NCBI GenBank assembly: GCA_965222375.1
Contig: CBDCTZ010000015.1
Coordinates: forward strand, 736,001-800,000
Direction of reading: 5' to 3'
Length of the DNA stretch: 64,000 nt
DNA from: Polyangiaceae bacterium
Lineage (GTDB): Bacteria; Myxococcota_A; Polyangia; Polyangiales; Polyangiaceae
The position numbers were made by a program, and so were the translations under genes. This document shows positions 61,051-64,000 of the stretch, piece after piece (position 1 is the stretch's first letter; every line of letters begins with the position of its first letter). The notes beneath the pieces were generated by a model. That model worked only from the letters and a program-made list of their open reading frames with translations, ran no database searches and had not been told where the DNA came from.

Positions 61051-62769
61051 TCAGGCATCTGCACCGCGATCCATGAAATTACCTACGCTTTGCATGAATG
61101 TCTTCACATCCCAGGAATCACTCGTGTTGGTCAGCTTTCGCTTGAGGAAGTAATCGGCGACCGAGACCTTGTGCTGCGACGCCATCGCTTGCACTCGCTC
61201 GGCTTCTTCCACCAGAATGACAGCCTGAAGCAAGCGTGACAACCGGTGGGTGAACTCGAGAGCGTAGCAGGCGCGGAATTCCGGCTCCGCGAGTGCATCA
61301 ACCCAAGTCCCCAGCTCATCCAACCGGCACTTCAGGGACTCGGCCTGCCTGGCAAGGCGCTCGGAGGTGTGAAGCAACAGCGGACGGAAGTGCCCATCTA
61401 GTACGGACCAGGCGTTTCCGCGAGCAACGCTCTGGGCTACGTGCAGCGCGATTACGTTGTGGGTCCCTTCCCAGGTCTCATACACCAGCATGTCGCGATA
61501 CAGCCGAGGCAAGACCGAGAACGGCTCAATGGTCCCGTTGCCGCCAAGGACGTGGATCGCGGCACGAACGCCTTCACTAGCTTGCCTACTCGTGATGTAT
61601 TTCGCCACATTGCTGACAATAGCGGCGACTTCCAGCTCGGGGGAGCGGGAGCCATCCAGCGGTTCGAATAGCTCGGCGGTTTTGAAGCACAGTGCCACTG
61701 CTGCGTCGCTCTCCGCCTGGATGTCACGAAGCTGAGCACGAAGCATGGGATACTCCGCGATGCGCTTGCCAAACGCCTTACGAATATTCGCGTATCTGCT
61801 GGCTTCTAGCCAGGCTCTGCGAATCGCGCCGGCACAAACCGTCGCGTTGTAGAGTCGTGAGAGATTCAGCCCGATGTCCAACATCTGGCGGAAGCTGGTT
61901 TCGAGAGGCCCAAACGGAAGTGCAACCGCACCATCGAAGTCGATTTCCGCGGAAGCCAATGTGCGGGTGCCCAGCTTGTCTTTGAGGCGCCGAATCGCAA
62001 ACCCGTTGACCTGGCCATCTTCACGCTTGCGAGGCACCAGGAACATCGCCAAACCGCGGGTACCTCGTGATTCCGGGTCCACGCGCGCGGACAACAAGAA
62101 CAGATCTGCGCTGGCGTTGGAACAGAACCACTTTTCTCCCGCAACCCGCCATGTGCCGTCCGCGTCACGACTGGCGGCAGTCTGGTTCCCTCCCACATCG
62201 CTGCCACCTTGCACCTCAGTCAGAAAGAAGGCGGCTTCTAGCCGATCCTCAAAGCATGTCGTGGTCAACGGGCCCAGGTACTGCTCCTTCAAGGAGTCAT
62301 CCGCAAAAGCTGCTGCCATCACCGCCGTACCAATGGTCGCGATGACTGGGCACGCATAGCCGGCCTCCCCATTGTGAGCGAGTAGGTAGTACAACGCGAG
62401 ACGACGCATCAGATCGCCGGCACCTCGATGGGCTAGCATGCCGCTTTCCCAAACTCGCCGACCGATCTGGTCGTGGTTGGGGTGGAAGCAAACCTGTTCC
62501 ACCCGCTCACCGTCTTCGGTGAACCTACGCAGAAAGGGCCAGTTTTCCGGACGGTCCTCTTCACGCGCCAGGACATCGATCTCGCTGGCGCTAACTGAAC
62601 CGAAGCGCTCGAGCTCCGGAGCAACGACCCCGAAAAGGTCCTCCCCCAGACGCTGTCGAAGCGTCTCTTGGAGGCTCATGTCAACGTCGAAGTAGTTGCT
62701 CGGCGCGGACCGGCGCCAGCGGGCAAGCTCGCCGCGTGCGTGGTCGTAGGCCGCAGTCCGGTGATTCAT
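61051..62769 (-). CDS. Acyl-CoA dehydrogenase, AidB-like
   Basis: TEVQGGSDV, GEKWFCS, RRLKDKLG, R.AFG, LGGNG and WEGT. Confidence 0.9.
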   Translation of the reverse strand: MNHRTAAYDHARGELARWRRSAPSNYFDVDMSLQETLRQRLGEDLFGVVAPELERFGSVSASEIDVLAREEDRPENWPFLRRFTEDGERVEQVCFHPNHDQIGRRVWESGMLAHRGAGDLMRRLALYYLLAHNGEAGYACPVIATIGTAVMAAAFADDSLKEQYLGPLTTTCFEDRLEAAFFLTEVQGGSDVGGNQTAASRDADGTWRVAGEKWFCSNASADLFLLSARVDPESRGTRGLAMFLVPRKREDGQVNGFAIRRLKDKLGTRTLASAEIDFDGAVALPFGPLETSFRQMLDIGLNLSRLYNATVCAGAIRRAWLEASRYANIRKAFGKRIAEYPMLRAQLRDIQAESDAAVALCFKTAELFEPLDGSRSPELEVAAIVSNVAKYITSRQASEGVRAAIHVLGGNGTIEPFSVLPRLYRDMLVYETWEGTHNVIALHVAQSVARGNAWSVLDGHFRPLLLHTSERLARQAESLKCRLDELGTWVDALAEPEFRACYALEFTHRLSRLLQAVILVEEAERVQAMASQHKVSVADYFLKRKLTNTSDSWDVKTFMQSVGNFMDRGADA

Positions 62770-62863
62770 GAGCACCTCGCCCAGCCAAGGACTTGCACAG
62801 CACGCGACCGGCGTCTCCACACTGATGCCAAGACAGAGGGTGATCTGACGCTAGGTGGCACTG

Positions 62864-62926
62864 GCATGCAGCATGCGTGGTGCGGCATGCGGCACGCATG
62901 CTGCAGCCTGCGACATGCGTGCTGCA
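62864..62926. repeat. Nine degenerate heptamers (NNNYGCR) in a divergent intergenic region
   Basis: gcatgca gcatgcg tggtgcg gcatgcg gcacgca tgctgca gcctgcg acatgcg tgctgca. Confidence 0.75.
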
Positions 62927-63080
62927 TTGCACCCGGTCGGCTTCGCCAACGACGCGTCCCTCTGCAACCTCCGCCCCCGGGGCGTTCGGACCAGCAACAT
63001 CCGACACGCGAACGCGGTGAAACGCCTGGCATGCCCAGTGCACGCTGCATTCGCGCTCTGAGCCTGTTCTTGAGTGAAGG

Positions 63081-64000
63081 ATGGTCGCTATCGCGCATTT
63101 CGAAACCTTGTCCGACGCCCGAAAACCCTGGGAGTCGCTCGCTGGAGAGCAACGAACGTGCCTCACCATGCTTGCGGTTTTTGGAGGTTTCTCCTTCGAC
63201 CTACACGCGGCCGCCGCGGTCCTGGATATCGCTCCCGTCAAAGCACTGCGAACATTGCAACGCTTCGACCTGCAGGCCGCGCCATCGGCTTCGTTTCCAG
63301 ATGACAGGCGCTATTGCCTGCCCCAACGGACCCAGCTGCGAGCAGGCTTGGAGCTACAGCAACTCCCGTTCAAGGAGCTGGTCGAAGCCCGCTTTGTTAG
63401 ATACTTCAGCGAGTTCGCACGAACTTCCCGTCTCCGCTACGAGAATGGCGGCGTCATAGAGGCACTTGAAGGATTACGAAGAAACCGGGACCACCTGCTT
63501 CAAGCCGGAGCGCTGATTGAAGGGGAGCAACCTGAAACCTTCGCACAAATCGTGTTGGCAACCCATGTCGTTGACATGGGCCACGGCATGGATCGGCGAC
63601 ACCTTGAACGACTGCGCCGCGCCCATGAGGCCACCAGAGAACTCAACCAGGAGCTGAACGCTCGTTGCAGCATCGCTATCTCAGAGGTTCTGCAACGACT
63701 AGGCAACACCCCCGCCGCACTCCACGAGTTGGAATCCTCCGCCGTATCCAAGGGCTACACCGCCGCACTACGAAGCAGAATCGCGCTTGCAATGTCTTCC
63801 CTGCATCTCGAGCAGCGACGACCCGAGGAGGCCCGACGACATTGTGATCTCGGGTTGGGCACGGAATCCGGCCGGGACTCCCGACTCGAAGCAGCCCTGC
63901 TCGGTGTCCGCGCGATGGCGAACGCCGCCATGGGAGGGAGCGAAAGAACCCTGAACGATTTCGAAATAGCCATGGCTGTCCAGCGCCGTGCCGGTCACCT
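63081..64000 (+). CDS. Helical/TPR-like protein running off the window end (absent from the ORF track)
   Basis: Open frame MVAIAHFETLSD...LAVFGGFSFDLHAAAAVL...; in-frame TGA at 63075 upstream; GAAGG before the ATG. Confidence 0.7.
   Translation, partial: MVAIAHFETLSDARKPWESLAGEQRTCLTMLAVFGGFSFDLHAAAAVLDIAPVKALRTLQRFDLQAAPSASFPDDRRYCLPQRTQLRAGLELQQLPFKELVEARFVRYFSEFARTSRLRYENGGVIEALEGLRRNRDHLLQAGALIEGEQPETFAQIVLATHVVDMGHGMDRRHLERLRRAHEATRELNQELNARCSIAISEVLQRLGNTPAALHELESSAVSKGYTAALRSRIALAMSSLHLEQRRPEEARRHCDLGLGTESGRDSRLEAALLGVRAMANAAMGGSERTLNDFEIAMAVQRRAGH

Noticed and set aside
62668..63459. 263-aa plus-strand ORF and overlapping minus-strand ORFs with MQHA/CCM repeats
   Set aside because: Translations of the heptamer tract and off-frame shadows of the ORF starting at 63081

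Overview
GC-rich bacterial DNA with the gene repertoire typical of Myxococcota (most like Polyangiaceae; inferred from gene content). It holds about 20 predicted lipoproteins or secreted proteins, many Cys-rich or with Gly/Asp linkers, plus MYXO-CTERM-like tails, three Hanks-type Ser/Thr kinases, two TPR/PEGA-like proteins, an ECF sigma cassette and an FHA-sigma54 activator. No rRNA, tRNA, CRISPR array, transposase or reverse transcriptase was recognised. The most notable structure: (1) a tandem array of four mosaic Cys-rich lipoprotein genes (15.1-20.5 kb) joined by a three-times repeated, hairpin-rich ~130-bp spacer plus shared signal-peptide cassette, preceded by a sigma54-like promoter and followed by a somatomedin-B/M48 protease; (2) a ~110-bp non-coding element in four co-oriented copies that abuts broken genes and shows a compensatory base change in a hairpin; (3) four paralogous EGF-like plus alpha-helical-domain lipoproteins (0.4-7.4 kb); (4) recurrent sigma54 -24/-12 motifs that predict near-leaderless mRNAs for six surface-protein genes; (5) a partly decayed toxin-antitoxin cluster and a MarR-controlled redox-like operon with visible operator sites. 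All calls were made by eye, without database searches.
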